From Bacteroidales bacterium (lineage in GTDB: Bacteria > Bacteroidota > Bacteroidia > Bacteroidales > P3), in NCBI GenBank assembly GCA_004551865.1, contig SFPR01000002.1:874-64873 (forward strand): 64,000 nt of DNA, read 5' to 3'. The notes below the pieces were generated by a model. It was not told the DNA's origin. It saw only the letters and a list, made by a program, of their open reading frames with translations, and did no database searches. Both the position numbers and the translations under genes were made by a program. This document shows, in pieces, positions 19,588 to 28,733 of the stretch. The number at the start of each line of letters is the position of its first letter. Within the stretch, counting starts at the first letter, position 1.

Positions 19588-19600
19588 GTCTATATGTTTT

Positions 19601-22159
19601 TTAGAATAATGAGCCTTGTATGGTGTCTTTATCGTTTAACTCGCTCGAAAAGTTGTCAAAGTCTTCATCGTCTTGTGTTGTTTCGCTCTCTTGCTCGTAT
19701 GCAAGGGGTTCAAGCCAATGGATTTGGGCATCTTTGTTTTTGCTTACTCGTTTTCCTTTGGCTCTCCACTTGTATATGTCGCACAATTCGGTGAGTTCGT
19801 ATTCTTTTCCTTCGATTTCTGCCCTCGGAAGCCAATCGGTAGAGAAGGTTTTCAGCTCTGCTCCTTCCTGATCTTCAAAGATGTTGATTTTCTTGTTGTT
19901 TAGTTCGACTATGAAGCGTTTGAGATAGAGCGATTGTCTGTCTTTGTCGATGTAGAAGACCGAAAGGGGTTTGTCGCTCACGAACTTTTCGATGTGAATA
20001 AGGTCGTCGTCAAAGTGGTTTGACAAGTCGTAGTTGGTAACTCTGTAATGTCCCGAGGCATAAAGGGTGAGTATTTTGTCGTCTGAGGAGAACTCTCCCA
20101 AAAAGATGCCTCTTTGGTCGGTGTTCAATCGCTTTATGTCTTGGTCAAACCATATCTTGATTGCACTGAGGGTCGATATGCCTTCGGTTTTGCGGCTTAT
20201 GCTCGATATGACTCGGTGTGTGAGTATGTTGCCTTTTGAGCCTCGCGACTTGATTGCAAGGTCGGCAAAGTTGTATTCCATTCTGTTGGTCTTCAAACGG
20301 GGTGCAGGCTTCATAACTACGTTTATCACTTCGGCTTCTCCGTTTGGATTGACACTCATATAAACTATCTTTGAGCCTTTTGTGCCTTGTGTGATGTCGT
20401 AATCTCGCGAGCGTATGATGCTTGTGATGTTAAATCGCTTGACATAGTATTTGCCGAAAGCTCCGTCTTGATAGACAACGTTGAATGTGGTTCGGCTGTC
20501 GTTCTTTCTGAACACTCCGACGTACAATATCTTCTTGCCGACATATTCTTTCTCTTGTACCTTTCGCACGGTGTAAGTTCCGTCTTTCCTTATGATGAGT
20601 ATGTCGTCTATTGCCGAACAATCGCACACATATTCGCCCCCTTTGAGCTTGTAACCTACAAATCCGTCGGCATAGTTGCAACAAAGCTTTTCGTTGGCTA
20701 TCGCAACAGTGGTTTCTTCTATCACGTCAAAGTTGCGTATCTCGGTTTTTCTTGTCCGATTTTTGCCATATTTGTTTTTAATTCGCTCAAAGTATGCAAT
20801 GGCATAGTCAATCAGGTTGTCCAAGTCTTTTTGTACGGCGGCAATGTCGTCTTTGATTGCAATCAAAGTGTCGTCGGCTCGGTCGCTGTTGTATTTGGAT
20901 ATGCGGTCTATTGGTATTTTTCTAAGGCGATGAACATCGTCTATGGTAACTTCTCTTATCAGGTTTTTGACAAAGGGTTGCAAGCCTTTCATTATTGCAT
21001 CGTCAATCGCCTGATCGGAAGTACATTTTTCCATTTTCTTATATACGCCCTCCTTGATGAAGATTCGCTCCAAGGAAATCCAATTCCACTTTTCGGTTAG
21101 CTCTTCGAGGGCTATTTCAAGCTCTTTTTTGAGCAGCTTTACGGTGTTTTCGGTCGATACTCTGAGTATTTCGCTCACCGAGGCAAAGCGTGGCTTCTCG
21201 TTTTCGATAACACAGGAGTTTGGAGACAGGCTTACCTCGCAGTCGGTGAAGGCATAGAGTGCGTCAATGGTCTGATCGACCGATGTATCGCTCGGAATAG
21301 AGATGTTAATCTCGACTTCGGCTGCCGTATTGTTGTCTATCTTTTTGATTTTCAGCTGTCCCTTGTCGCAGGCTTTGACAATCGAATCGATAAGGCTGTC
21401 TGCCGTTGTGCCGAAAGGAACTTCTGTTATGGAGATTGTGCGTTGGTCTATCTGCTTTATGCGTGCCCTTACTCTCAAACGCCCTCCCCTCAGACCGTCA
21501 TTGTATTTTGAGACTTCCATCAAGCCTCCCGTCGGAAAATCGGGGTAGATGCAGAACTCTTCTCCTCTCAATATGGCAATGGAAGCGTCAATCAGTTCGT
21601 TGAAGTTGTGAGGAAGAATTTCGCAAGCCAATCCCACCGCAATGCCTTTTGCTCCTTGTGCAAGCAAAAGAGGAAACTTGACAGGCAAAGTGTCAGGCTC
21701 CATGTTCCTTCCGTCGTATGAGGGGTGGAAAGTGGTAGTCTTTGGATTGAATACGACTTCTAATGCAAATTCTGACAGACGTGCTTCTATGTATCGGGGA
21801 GCTGCCGCTCCGTCTCCCGTGAGAATGTTTCCCCAGTTGCCTTGGCAGTCTATCAACAAGTCTTTTTGACCCATTGTAACCAAGGCTCCTGCGATTGAAG
21901 CGTCTCCGTGAGGGTGGTACTTCATGGTATTTCCCACTATGTTGGCGACTTTGTTGTAGCGTCCGTCTTCCAACTCTCTCATAGAGTGGAGTATTCGTCG
22001 CTGAACGGGCTTCAATCCGTCATTGATGTGCGGAACGGCTCTCTCAAGTATCACATAAGAGGCATAATCCAAGAACCAGTCTTGAAACATTCCCCTTATG
22101 CTTGTGGTCTTGTGGGTTGTAATCTCGTTGTCAGAGTATGTGTTGTCTTCCATCGGCAT
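19601..22159 (-). CDS. parC: DNA topoisomerase IV subunit A (GyrA/ParC family)
   Basis: 852 aa. The N-terminus DYASYVILERAVPHINDGLKPVQRRILH...KYHPHGD includes the active-site region ...AAPRYIEARL. The shorter C-terminal domain is typical of Bacteroidota ParC. Confidence 0.88.
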   Translation of the reverse strand: MPMEDNTYSDNEITTHKTTSIRGMFQDWFLDYASYVILERAVPHINDGLKPVQRRILHSMRELEDGRYNKVANIVGNTMKYHPHGDASIAGALVTMGQKDLLIDCQGNWGNILTGDGAAAPRYIEARLSEFALEVVFNPKTTTFHPSYDGRNMEPDTLPVKFPLLLAQGAKGIAVGLACEILPHNFNELIDASIAILRGEEFCIYPDFPTGGLMEVSKYNDGLRGGRLRVRARIKQIDQRTISITEVPFGTTADSLIDSIVKACDKGQLKIKKIDNNTAAEVEINISIPSDTSVDQTIDALYAFTDCEVSLSPNSCVIENEKPRFASVSEILRVSTENTVKLLKKELEIALEELTEKWNWISLERIFIKEGVYKKMEKCTSDQAIDDAIMKGLQPFVKNLIREVTIDDVHRLRKIPIDRISKYNSDRADDTLIAIKDDIAAVQKDLDNLIDYAIAYFERIKNKYGKNRTRKTEIRNFDVIEETTVAIANEKLCCNYADGFVGYKLKGGEYVCDCSAIDDILIIRKDGTYTVRKVQEKEYVGKKILYVGVFRKNDSRTTFNVVYQDGAFGKYYVKRFNITSIIRSRDYDITQGTKGSKIVYMSVNPNGEAEVINVVMKPAPRLKTNRMEYNFADLAIKSRGSKGNILTHRVISSISRKTEGISTLSAIKIWFDQDIKRLNTDQRGIFLGEFSSDDKILTLYASGHYRVTNYDLSNHFDDDLIHIEKFVSDKPLSVFYIDKDRQSLYLKRFIVELNNKKINIFEDQEGAELKTFSTDWLPRAEIEGKEYELTELCDIYKWRAKGKRVSKNKDAQIHWLEPLAYEQESETTQDDEDFDNFSSELNDKDTIQGSLF

Positions 22160-22168
22160 AGTGTATGA

Positions 22169-22759
22169 TTAAAACTCCACTTGGGGAGCAACATCTGCAC
22201 CTTTTTGTGCTTCAAAGTATGCTTTCTTCTCAAATCCGAGGCAGGAAGCAGCTATATTTGTGGGAAAGCGTCTTATGCTTGTGTTGTAATTGTTCACAAT
22301 GTCGGCATAGCGTTGTCTTTCGACTGCAATTCGGTTTTCTGTTCCCTCGAGTTGTGATTGCAACTGCAAGAAATTTTGATTTGCTTTCAAGTCGGGATAA
22401 CGCTCAATTACCACATTCAGACCCTTCAATGCAGAGCTGAGTGCGTCTTGAGACTGTTGAAACTGAGCCATCTGCTCTTGCGTTGCGTTGTTTGCGTCAA
22501 TTTTTACTTGCGTTGCGTTGTTTCTTGCCTCTATGACTTTGAGCAAGGTCTCTTCCTCGTGCTTTGCATATCCCTTTACGGTGCTTACAAGATTTGGAAT
22601 AAGGTCCATACGTCTCTGATATTGACTTTCGACCTTTGACCACTGCTGTGAGCAAGCCTCTTCTTTCTTTACAAGAGAGTTATAGGTGGTCAGAAAAAAC
22701 AAACCTACGATTGCAACAAGTGCAACTACCACAATGATTGAAATGTTCTTTTTATTCAT
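22169..22759 (-). CDS. lemA: LemA family protein
   Basis: 196 aa with an N-terminal TM helix, then YNSLVKKEE...QWSKVESQYQRRMDLIPNLV...RYPDLKANQNF, the LemA signature layout. Confidence 0.9.
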   Translation of the reverse strand: MNKKNISIIVVVALVAIVGLFFLTTYNSLVKKEEACSQQWSKVESQYQRRMDLIPNLVSTVKGYAKHEEETLLKVIEARNNATQVKIDANNATQEQMAQFQQSQDALSSALKGLNVVIERYPDLKANQNFLQLQSQLEGTENRIAVERQRYADIVNNYNTSIRRFPTNIAASCLGFEKKAYFEAQKGADVAPQVEF

Positions 22760-22803
22760 ATTTGTAACTTTTTGTCTTGATATATAATATATGTGTTGCA
22801 GGC

Positions 22804-24045
22804 TCAGAACTTGCCGCCTCCGCCTCCGCCTCCCGAAAAGCCGCCTCCCCAGCCTCCCGAAAAGCCTCCGCCTTTGCCAATTCCGCCGCCCCCTCCTGCA
22901 ACAATGACGGGAGGAGTTTTGGGAATAACGCTCAATTTCTCTCCTTTATGATGACAATTCTCACATTCATACACCGTTTTCATCAATCCGTCTTGAAGAG
23001 CCGTTGCATGGCTGACCACTTTCTCATACTTTTTGTGGTAGGTCTTTGCTTTGCACGACGGACACTCCTGATAGCTTGAGAGGGTCTTGTCATACGAATA
23101 GACAAAGGTCGAATGGCATTTGTCGCACAACCATACGTCATAGTTTTTGCTGCCGAGGGTTTCTTCCAACTGCTTAACCTCATCGAGATATTGGTCTTCT
23201 TCTGCTTCGGAAAGAAGTTTCATCTTCGCTCCACACTCACAGACTATCTTCTTTCGCCTTACCCCGGGAATGATTATACCATATATGCAGATAAGAAGCA
23301 CAATCAAAGAGGGCAAAAACACAAATCCTACAACAATCCACCCGATTGAGTGTTTTTTTATTCTACGTATCTTATCGACTTTGTATTTCGGATTGATCTT
23401 TGAGCCTGAGCGAGAGATAAAAACAAGAGCAAGCACAAGGAATACTCCACACAGAATTGCATATATTGTATTAAACGTACTCATGTCGGCAGGTTCTTTC
23501 GGAGCAAAGCCGTTCTGCTCATACTCATCGTAGATAACGGAACATACTCTCTCTACTCCCGAGAGCATTCCTCCCGACCAATCTCCCTTTTTGAAAAGGG
23601 GAGCCATCGTTTCTTGAAAAATTTCGGTTGCCTTGCTATCTGTCAATGCTCCCTCCAAGCCGTAGCCTGTCCTCATAAACAAATCGCGAGCTTTTACACA
23701 CAGAAGAATTATCAATCCATTGTCAGAGCCTTTCTGTCCAACCTTCCAAAGGTCGAAGAGTTCCATCGACAAATCTCTTGCCGAGCAATCCTCATTTCCG
23801 TTTATCACAACAACCGCCACTTGTGCCGTTGTCTTGCGATAAAGCGTGTCCAACATGCTGTTTATCTTTGCTTCGGTCTGTTCGTCAAGCAGGTTGTCTT
23901 GGTCTGACACATAGCACGAAGGGCAAATCTTCTTGGGGTCGAGAATATCCTTTGCTTCTATCGACTGACTTCTGACTTTGCTGCCGCAAAGAAGTGTAAG
24001 AACCAAAAATATCAAGGTGCAAAGCACCCGAAATGTTGTTTTCAT
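22804..24045 (-). CDS. TPM-domain (YgcG-like) membrane protein with zinc-ribbon insertions and a Gly-rich tail
   Basis: The ATG at 24045 gives signal/TM MKTTFRVLCTLIFLVLTLLCGS. TPM-like region (VSDQDNLLDEQTEAKIN...TTAQVAVVVI), two TM helices, four CxxC pairs, and the tail GGGGGIGKGGGFSGGWGGGFSGGGGGGGKF. Paired with lemA as in many genomes. Confidence 0.8.
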   Translation of the reverse strand: MKTTFRVLCTLIFLVLTLLCGSKVRSQSIEAKDILDPKKICPSCYVSDQDNLLDEQTEAKINSMLDTLYRKTTAQVAVVVINGNEDCSARDLSMELFDLWKVGQKGSDNGLIILLCVKARDLFMRTGYGLEGALTDSKATEIFQETMAPLFKKGDWSGGMLSGVERVCSVIYDEYEQNGFAPKEPADMSTFNTIYAILCGVFLVLALVFISRSGSKINPKYKVDKIRRIKKHSIGWIVVGFVFLPSLIVLLICIYGIIIPGVRRKKIVCECGAKMKLLSEAEEDQYLDEVKQLEETLGSKNYDVWLCDKCHSTFVYSYDKTLSSYQECPSCKAKTYHKKYEKVVSHATALQDGLMKTVYECENCHHKGEKLSVIPKTPPVIVAGGGGGIGKGGGFSGGWGGGFSGGGGGGGKF

Positions 24046-24075
24046 TCTGTAAATCCGAGCCTTGTTTTTGAGGAA

Positions 24076-24083
24076 CAAAGTTA
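24076..24083 (-). promoter_or_regulatory. -7 box TAACTTTG (minus strand) upstream of the TPM-lemA-parC gene string
   Basis: CAAAGTTA on the plus strand, 31 nt upstream of the ATG at 24045. Confidence 0.5.
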
Positions 24084-24156
24084 GAATTTTTTTTTGAATT
24101 GCTTGAAATCTGCCAAAAAAAAGTCTGCCGAAGCGGCTCTTTGTCAAAAAAATTCA

Positions 24157-24164
24157 TAGCTTTG
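24157..24164 (+). promoter_or_regulatory. -7 box TAGCTTTG upstream of trxB
   Basis: Exact TAnnTTTG, 35 nt upstream of the ATG at 24199. Confidence 0.5.
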
Positions 24165-24198
24165 CAATCACAAAAACAAATCGAAAAAATAAATCATA

Positions 24199-25143
24199 AT
24201 GAACACAGAAAAGATAAAATGCCTCATCATAGGCTCAGGTCCGGCCGGCTATACAGCAGCCATTTATGCAGCAAGAGCAGACCTTAACCCCGTTGTATTT
24301 GAGGGAATGCAGGCAGGAGGACAGCTGACTATCACAACAGAGATTGAAAACTTCCCCGGATACCCCGAGGGTGTTGCAGGTACTGAAATGATGTCTCAGT
24401 TGAAAGCTCAGGCAGAAAGATTTGGAACTTCCGTTCGACCCGAAAGCATAACCAAAGCAGATTTCAGCCACCGACCTTTTGCAATCGAAACAGAAAGCGG
24501 AGCAAACATTTTGGCAGAAAGCGTCATTATTGCAACTGGAGCAAGTGCAAGATGGTTGGGATTGGAAAGCGAGCAGAAGTTTATGGGTCAGGGAGTTTCG
24601 GCTTGTGCAACTTGCGATGGCTTTTTCTACAAAAACCAAGTTGTTGCGGTAATCGGAGGAGGCGATACTGCCTGTGAGGAAGCAAGTTACTTGTCCAAGA
24701 TATGCAAAAAGGTCTATTTGGTTGTAAGACGCAACGAGTTGAGAGCTTCAAAAGCCATGCAGGAAAGAGTGTTTGCCAACGAAAAGATAGAAGTGCTTTG
24801 GAATAGCAAACCAAACGAAATTTTGGGAGACATTGACGGCGTTAATGGTTTGAGAATAGAAGACTCCAAGAGCGGAGAGACCAAAGACATAGAGCTTATG
24901 GGAGTATTCCTTGCGATTGGACACAAACCAAACACCGACCTTTTCAAAGAACAAATCGAGCTTGACGCACAAGGCTACATCAAAACTTTGGATAAGAGCA
25001 GCAAAACGAACATTGAGGGTGTGTTTGCGGCAGGCGATGTCATGGACCCTTCGTATCGTCAAGCTATTGTGGCAGCCGGAAGCGGTTGTAAGGCAGCAAT
25101 GGACTGCGAAAGGTTCTTGATAGAAAATCCGATAGCCGAATAG
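24199..25143 (+). CDS. trxB: thioredoxin-disulfide reductase
   Basis: 314 aa. GSGPAGYTAAIYAAR FAD motif, redox-active CATCDG, and GGGDTACEEA NADPH motif. Confidence 0.95.
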   Translation: MNTEKIKCLIIGSGPAGYTAAIYAARADLNPVVFEGMQAGGQLTITTEIENFPGYPEGVAGTEMMSQLKAQAERFGTSVRPESITKADFSHRPFAIETESGANILAESVIIATGASARWLGLESEQKFMGQGVSACATCDGFFYKNQVVAVIGGGDTACEEASYLSKICKKVYLVVRRNELRASKAMQERVFANEKIEVLWNSKPNEILGDIDGVNGLRIEDSKSGETKDIELMGVFLAIGHKPNTDLFKEQIELDAQGYIKTLDKSSKTNIEGVFAAGDVMDPSYRQAIVAAGSGCKAAMDCERFLIENPIAE

Positions 25144-25148
25144 AGAGA

Positions 25149-26963
25149 TTGAAACGTCGAAACATTTTTGTGTTTCTTGCATTTGTCGCAATAACTCTTT
25201 GTTTTAATTTGGCAAATGCACAATCTGACCAAGCGGACTCAACAAAAGACAATACAAATGCCTTTGTTTTGAGTCCGCGTGGTGGTTTTGTCGTTGTGGA
25301 AGGGGCGTTTGACAATCCTCTCTCTTCTGTTCATCGTCCCGACAAGGCAGATAGAATTGACAATGCTTTCTTTCAACGGCTTTCTACCCCTTCAAGTCCG
25401 TCTCAAAACTTGATTTTTGATTGCAATTCGACAACATCGCATTATTTTCTGCCCGATTTATTTGCTGCATACACCTATCTGCCTCAAAATGTGCGATATT
25501 TTCAGACCTCAAAACCTCACAGCAATCTGAAATATTCAAGCAGTATCAATTCTTCTCAGTATTTCAGTGTTTTCCACACCCAAAATATTACGAGGAATTG
25601 GAACATCGGCTTGCAGTATGATGTCAATTACCTTGACGGAACGTTTGCAAAATCGAGCGTGATGAACCAATTTTTCAATCTGACAACCAATTACATAAGC
25701 AACAACGGACGTTATCGGATTGCAGGGGCGTTCATTCGCAATCGGGCTTACGTTTTGGAAAACGGAGGCTTGCTTTCGGATTCTTTGTTTCAAAACCAAC
25801 TCTTCTCAAAACCCGAAACCTATCCTACAAATCTCTCGGAAGGTTCTTCCAAATACAAAACTGCCGATTTTTCTCTTTATCAGAGCTTTGACTTCAATCG
25901 AAACAGCTCTTCGGAAGGCAGAATATTCAACCCCGGAACGCTATCTCTTCAAACTAACTTCATGCGTTCGGCTCGTCTTTACAAGGACGAATACCTCATA
26001 GAGGCGGATTCTCTTGCCACACGCTCGCTTCAAAACAATCTTTTTTGGACAAACGAAACAAAAACGAACAAACATCTGATTGTAAACCTCGGTGTGAAAC
26101 ACGAATTGCTGATGTTTTCTCACAAGAGCAACTCTCCGGTTTTCAATATATTAAGTCCGACTGCAAAGGTGGTGTTCAACCACAAAATGTTCTCATTTTC
26201 GGCAGAGGGAACAAGGAGTTTATTGTCCGAGAGCTACAATGGCGATTTTGATTTGAGAGCTTCGGCTTCCATGTCGGTGAAAAACAACCATATATGCATC
26301 CTTGCAGGCAGCGGAAAGCAATCCAATCAATATATTTATTCGCATTATGTGGGGGAAAACCAATCATGGGATTTGCCACAAGAGAAAACAGACTACGCTT
26401 TTTTGAAAGCAAGTTATTGGTTTGCAGATATATTGACCTGCAACTTGAATTATTTTCGCACAAACAACCGTCCTGTGATGAGAAGCAGCGACATGACAAT
26501 CGTTTACAGCGACATTATCAACATTATTCAGGCTCAAATACTCGCAAAAAAAGAATGGCAACACTTTGGTTTGCAGACAAATTGCGTTTTTCAGCACATT
26601 GACGACGAAACTTATCTTCATTTGCCTCTCTTTATGGCAAAACAAAGTATCTATTTCAAATTCAGTCTTTTCGGAGGCAAGTTGGAGAGCAATACCGGCA
26701 TAGATTTGAGATACAACACCTCATACTATGCCGACAAATACCTACCCGAGTTTGGTCTTTTTGCCTATCAGTCTGAAACCAAGAGCGGTAACTATCCCTA
26801 TTGCGACATTTTCGTCAATGCTCGCATAGATAAGTGCAATGTATTTCTCGCTCTTTCACATCCGTATGCAGGTTTGTTTGGCTACAACTACATTTCCACA
26901 CCCCTATATCCCGAAGAGGGTTTGTCATTACGCTGGGGTTTGAGCTGGAATTTCGTCAATTAG
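25149..26963 (+). CDS. putative outer-membrane porin (Bacteroidota 'putative porin' family-like beta-barrel)
   Basis: 604 aa. The TTG start gives signal peptide (M)KRRNIFVFLAFVAITLCFNLANAQ. Alternating beta-strand-like sequence ends ...LSLRWGLSWNFVN. The family assignment is from memory only. Confidence 0.55.
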   Translation: MKRRNIFVFLAFVAITLCFNLANAQSDQADSTKDNTNAFVLSPRGGFVVVEGAFDNPLSSVHRPDKADRIDNAFFQRLSTPSSPSQNLIFDCNSTTSHYFLPDLFAAYTYLPQNVRYFQTSKPHSNLKYSSSINSSQYFSVFHTQNITRNWNIGLQYDVNYLDGTFAKSSVMNQFFNLTTNYISNNGRYRIAGAFIRNRAYVLENGGLLSDSLFQNQLFSKPETYPTNLSEGSSKYKTADFSLYQSFDFNRNSSSEGRIFNPGTLSLQTNFMRSARLYKDEYLIEADSLATRSLQNNLFWTNETKTNKHLIVNLGVKHELLMFSHKSNSPVFNILSPTAKVVFNHKMFSFSAEGTRSLLSESYNGDFDLRASASMSVKNNHICILAGSGKQSNQYIYSHYVGENQSWDLPQEKTDYAFLKASYWFADILTCNLNYFRTNNRPVMRSSDMTIVYSDIINIIQAQILAKKEWQHFGLQTNCVFQHIDDETYLHLPLFMAKQSIYFKFSLFGGKLESNTGIDLRYNTSYYADKYLPEFGLFAYQSETKSGNYPYCDIFVNARIDKCNVFLALSHPYAGLFGYNYISTPLYPEEGLSLRWGLSWNFVN

Positions 26964-27018
26964 CCAATTCTTCTGCACGGTTTTTCTCAGTTTTTCGGCA
27001 TTTGAAACTCAAAAGATG

Positions 27019-27169
27019 CGATTATCAACAATTATTACACCTTGATAATCGGATTATCTTCTCATGATAATGGTATTATCTTGGCGTGATAATGGTATTA
27101 TTTTCCCATGATAATCGGATTATCACGGCGTGATAATCCGATTATCAACAAAAAATTTTTTGATAATCA
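27019..27169. repeat. palindrome array 2: six units of TGATAAT-(CGG/GGT/CCG)-ATTATCA
   Basis: Units read at 27043-27058, 27065-27080, 27087-27102, 27109-27125 and 27131-27147, with half-sites at 27019-27030 and 27161-27169. Linkers are TTGGCG and CGGCG. Confidence 0.9.
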
Positions 27170-27228
27170 TAGAAAAGCTCGACAGAATTGCCGATTTATC
27201 TCTTGCTATCTTCGTGATAATATGAACT

Positions 27229-27765
27229 TTACAAGTATTTGCAAAGCACTTGCCAAAGAACAATGGCACAACTGTTACATACGTTGAGGGAATGTTTCGT
27301 TCCGAACTGCGGAATTTCTATCGAATCGTTGCTGCTGTTTACAACTTCTTGCTGCACTCCTTCGACTTCATTGCCAAAGACGAGTGCTATCTTTTCGTTT
27401 TTGTCGATTTGCAGATTGTTGAGGGCAATGCTGTTTTGTGTCTGCTCGACTGCATAGACTTTATAACCCTTGGTTTTCAGCTCGTTCACCACTTTCAGGC
27501 TATCTTCTTCATATCTCCATTGCACGCTTTCGGTTGCTCCGAGTGCAGTCTTTTGAATATCGCGGTGAGGAGGCTTGGGTGTTATTCCGCAAAGCAACAA
27601 TTCTTCTACCAAAAAGGCATCGCAAGTTCTGAAAATGCTGCCTACGTTGTTCATACTGCGAACATTATCCAACACAACCACAATCGGATTTTTCTTTGCC
27701 GCCTTAAATTCGTCTATACTCTTGCGAAAGAGTTGTTCGCTTGTCAGTTTGGTTCTTTCTTTCAT
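27229..27765 (-). CDS. TrmH/SpoU-family RNA 2'-O-methyltransferase
   Basis: 178 aa. SpoU motifs NVGSIFRTCDAF, LVFGNEVEGV and IEIPQFGTKHSLNVCNSCAIVLW. Confidence 0.85.
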   Translation of the reverse strand: MKERTKLTSEQLFRKSIDEFKAAKKNPIVVVLDNVRSMNNVGSIFRTCDAFLVEELLLCGITPKPPHRDIQKTALGATESVQWRYEEDSLKVVNELKTKGYKVYAVEQTQNSIALNNLQIDKNEKIALVFGNEVEGVQQEVVNSSNDSIEIPQFGTKHSLNVCNSCAIVLWQVLCKYL

Positions 27766-27785
27766 CGTTTTGTCTTTCCGTCTTC

Positions 27786-28730
27786 TCAGTGTCTGTAATT
27801 CTTGTTGTATATTCTCAATCCAAGTTGTCCGAAACGCTCTGCATCATACTGATAAAGAGGTAGGTAATAATAAACTTGTTTGTATATTTCGAGACTTTCG
27901 GGATTTATCTCCCAGCCCTCGCCAATCCTTATTGCGATTATGTCTTCGGGCATCAAATCCGAAAATGCCGTCTTTATGCTTTCCTGCTGCGTTTGCTCGT
28001 CAAAATAGACATATTCGTTCTTTATGACAAACAAATCCTCAATCTGTTTGAGGGTTGCAAACTCTCCGCCTTCGGGTTTGAAGGCTTTGATTTTGTTTTG
28101 CTTGACAAGTTCAAACAAAGAGGTGCAGAAAGGCATCTGATTGGGGTATCGCAAGGGGTGAACCGAAATAATGGTGTCGGGAATGTGGAAAATGCGTGCA
28201 GTGTCTTGGCTTTCCTGAGGAAAAATCCAAAACAAAGGCATCTGAACGCTGTCGTTGCTCTCGCCGGTGAACGCTCTGTATCTCACCATATAAGGACAAT
28301 ATGCCTTGACTTTCTTTTCCAAGGCAAGGTCTTGGTAAGTGTAGTTCACAAATTCCTCAAACTGAAACGCTCCCACAAAGGGTGCGATATATTCCCAAAG
28401 GGTATCTTTTCCCAAAATCTTACCCGAGTATTGCTTCTCGAAGTCTATGATTTTTTTCTCTACACTATCCAAGTTCAGCTCTCGCTTTCGCTCGTCATAT
28501 ATCTTTACACGCTTCTCCTTAACGGCTGAAAATATGATTTTTGCAAGCTCTTCTCTGAAATATGCGGTGATATGTTCATACTTTTTGGGATTTAGAGTGT
28601 GTTCTGTTTCCCATTGGGGATTGAAAACGCCTACTTTGTGAAACTCATGCTCAATCGAATGCGTCATATATTGGGCTTTGAGAGAGCAAATCGCCAAAAC
28701 GCTCAAAGCAAATGTCAAAATCTTTCTCAT
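27786..28730 (-). CDS. hypothetical secreted protein, paralog of the next gene (possibly GldN/PorN-like)
   Basis: Signal peptide MRKILTFALSVLAICSLKAQ. Shares two FxFEE/GEGW...P motifs with 28734..29741. Confidence 0.5.
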   Translation of the reverse strand: MRKILTFALSVLAICSLKAQYMTHSIEHEFHKVGVFNPQWETEHTLNPKKYEHITAYFREELAKIIFSAVKEKRVKIYDERKRELNLDSVEKKIIDFEKQYSGKILGKDTLWEYIAPFVGAFQFEEFVNYTYQDLALEKKVKAYCPYMVRYRAFTGESNDSVQMPLFWIFPQESQDTARIFHIPDTIISVHPLRYPNQMPFCTSLFELVKQNKIKAFKPEGGEFATLKQIEDLFVIKNEYVYFDEQTQQESIKTAFSDLMPEDIIAIRIGEGWEINPESLEIYKQVYYYLPLYQYDAERFGQLGLRIYNKNYRH

Positions 28731-28733
28731 CTT

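Noticed and set aside
22804-22900. The Gly-rich repeat (GGGGGIGKGGGFSGGWGGGFSGGGGGGGKF) and the antisense ORF 22777..23079
   Set aside because: A Gly-rich C-terminal tail is a common feature of YgcG/TPM-family proteins. The DNA is simple GGN/CCN repetition, and the antisense ORF is a by-product of it.
27019-27169. The possibility that the palindrome arrays are CRISPR arrays
   Set aside because: Units are 17-bp dyads separated by only 5-8 nt linkers, not 25-40 nt repeats with unique spacers of similar length. The arrays hold 2-6 units, and no cas genes or leader are present in the window.
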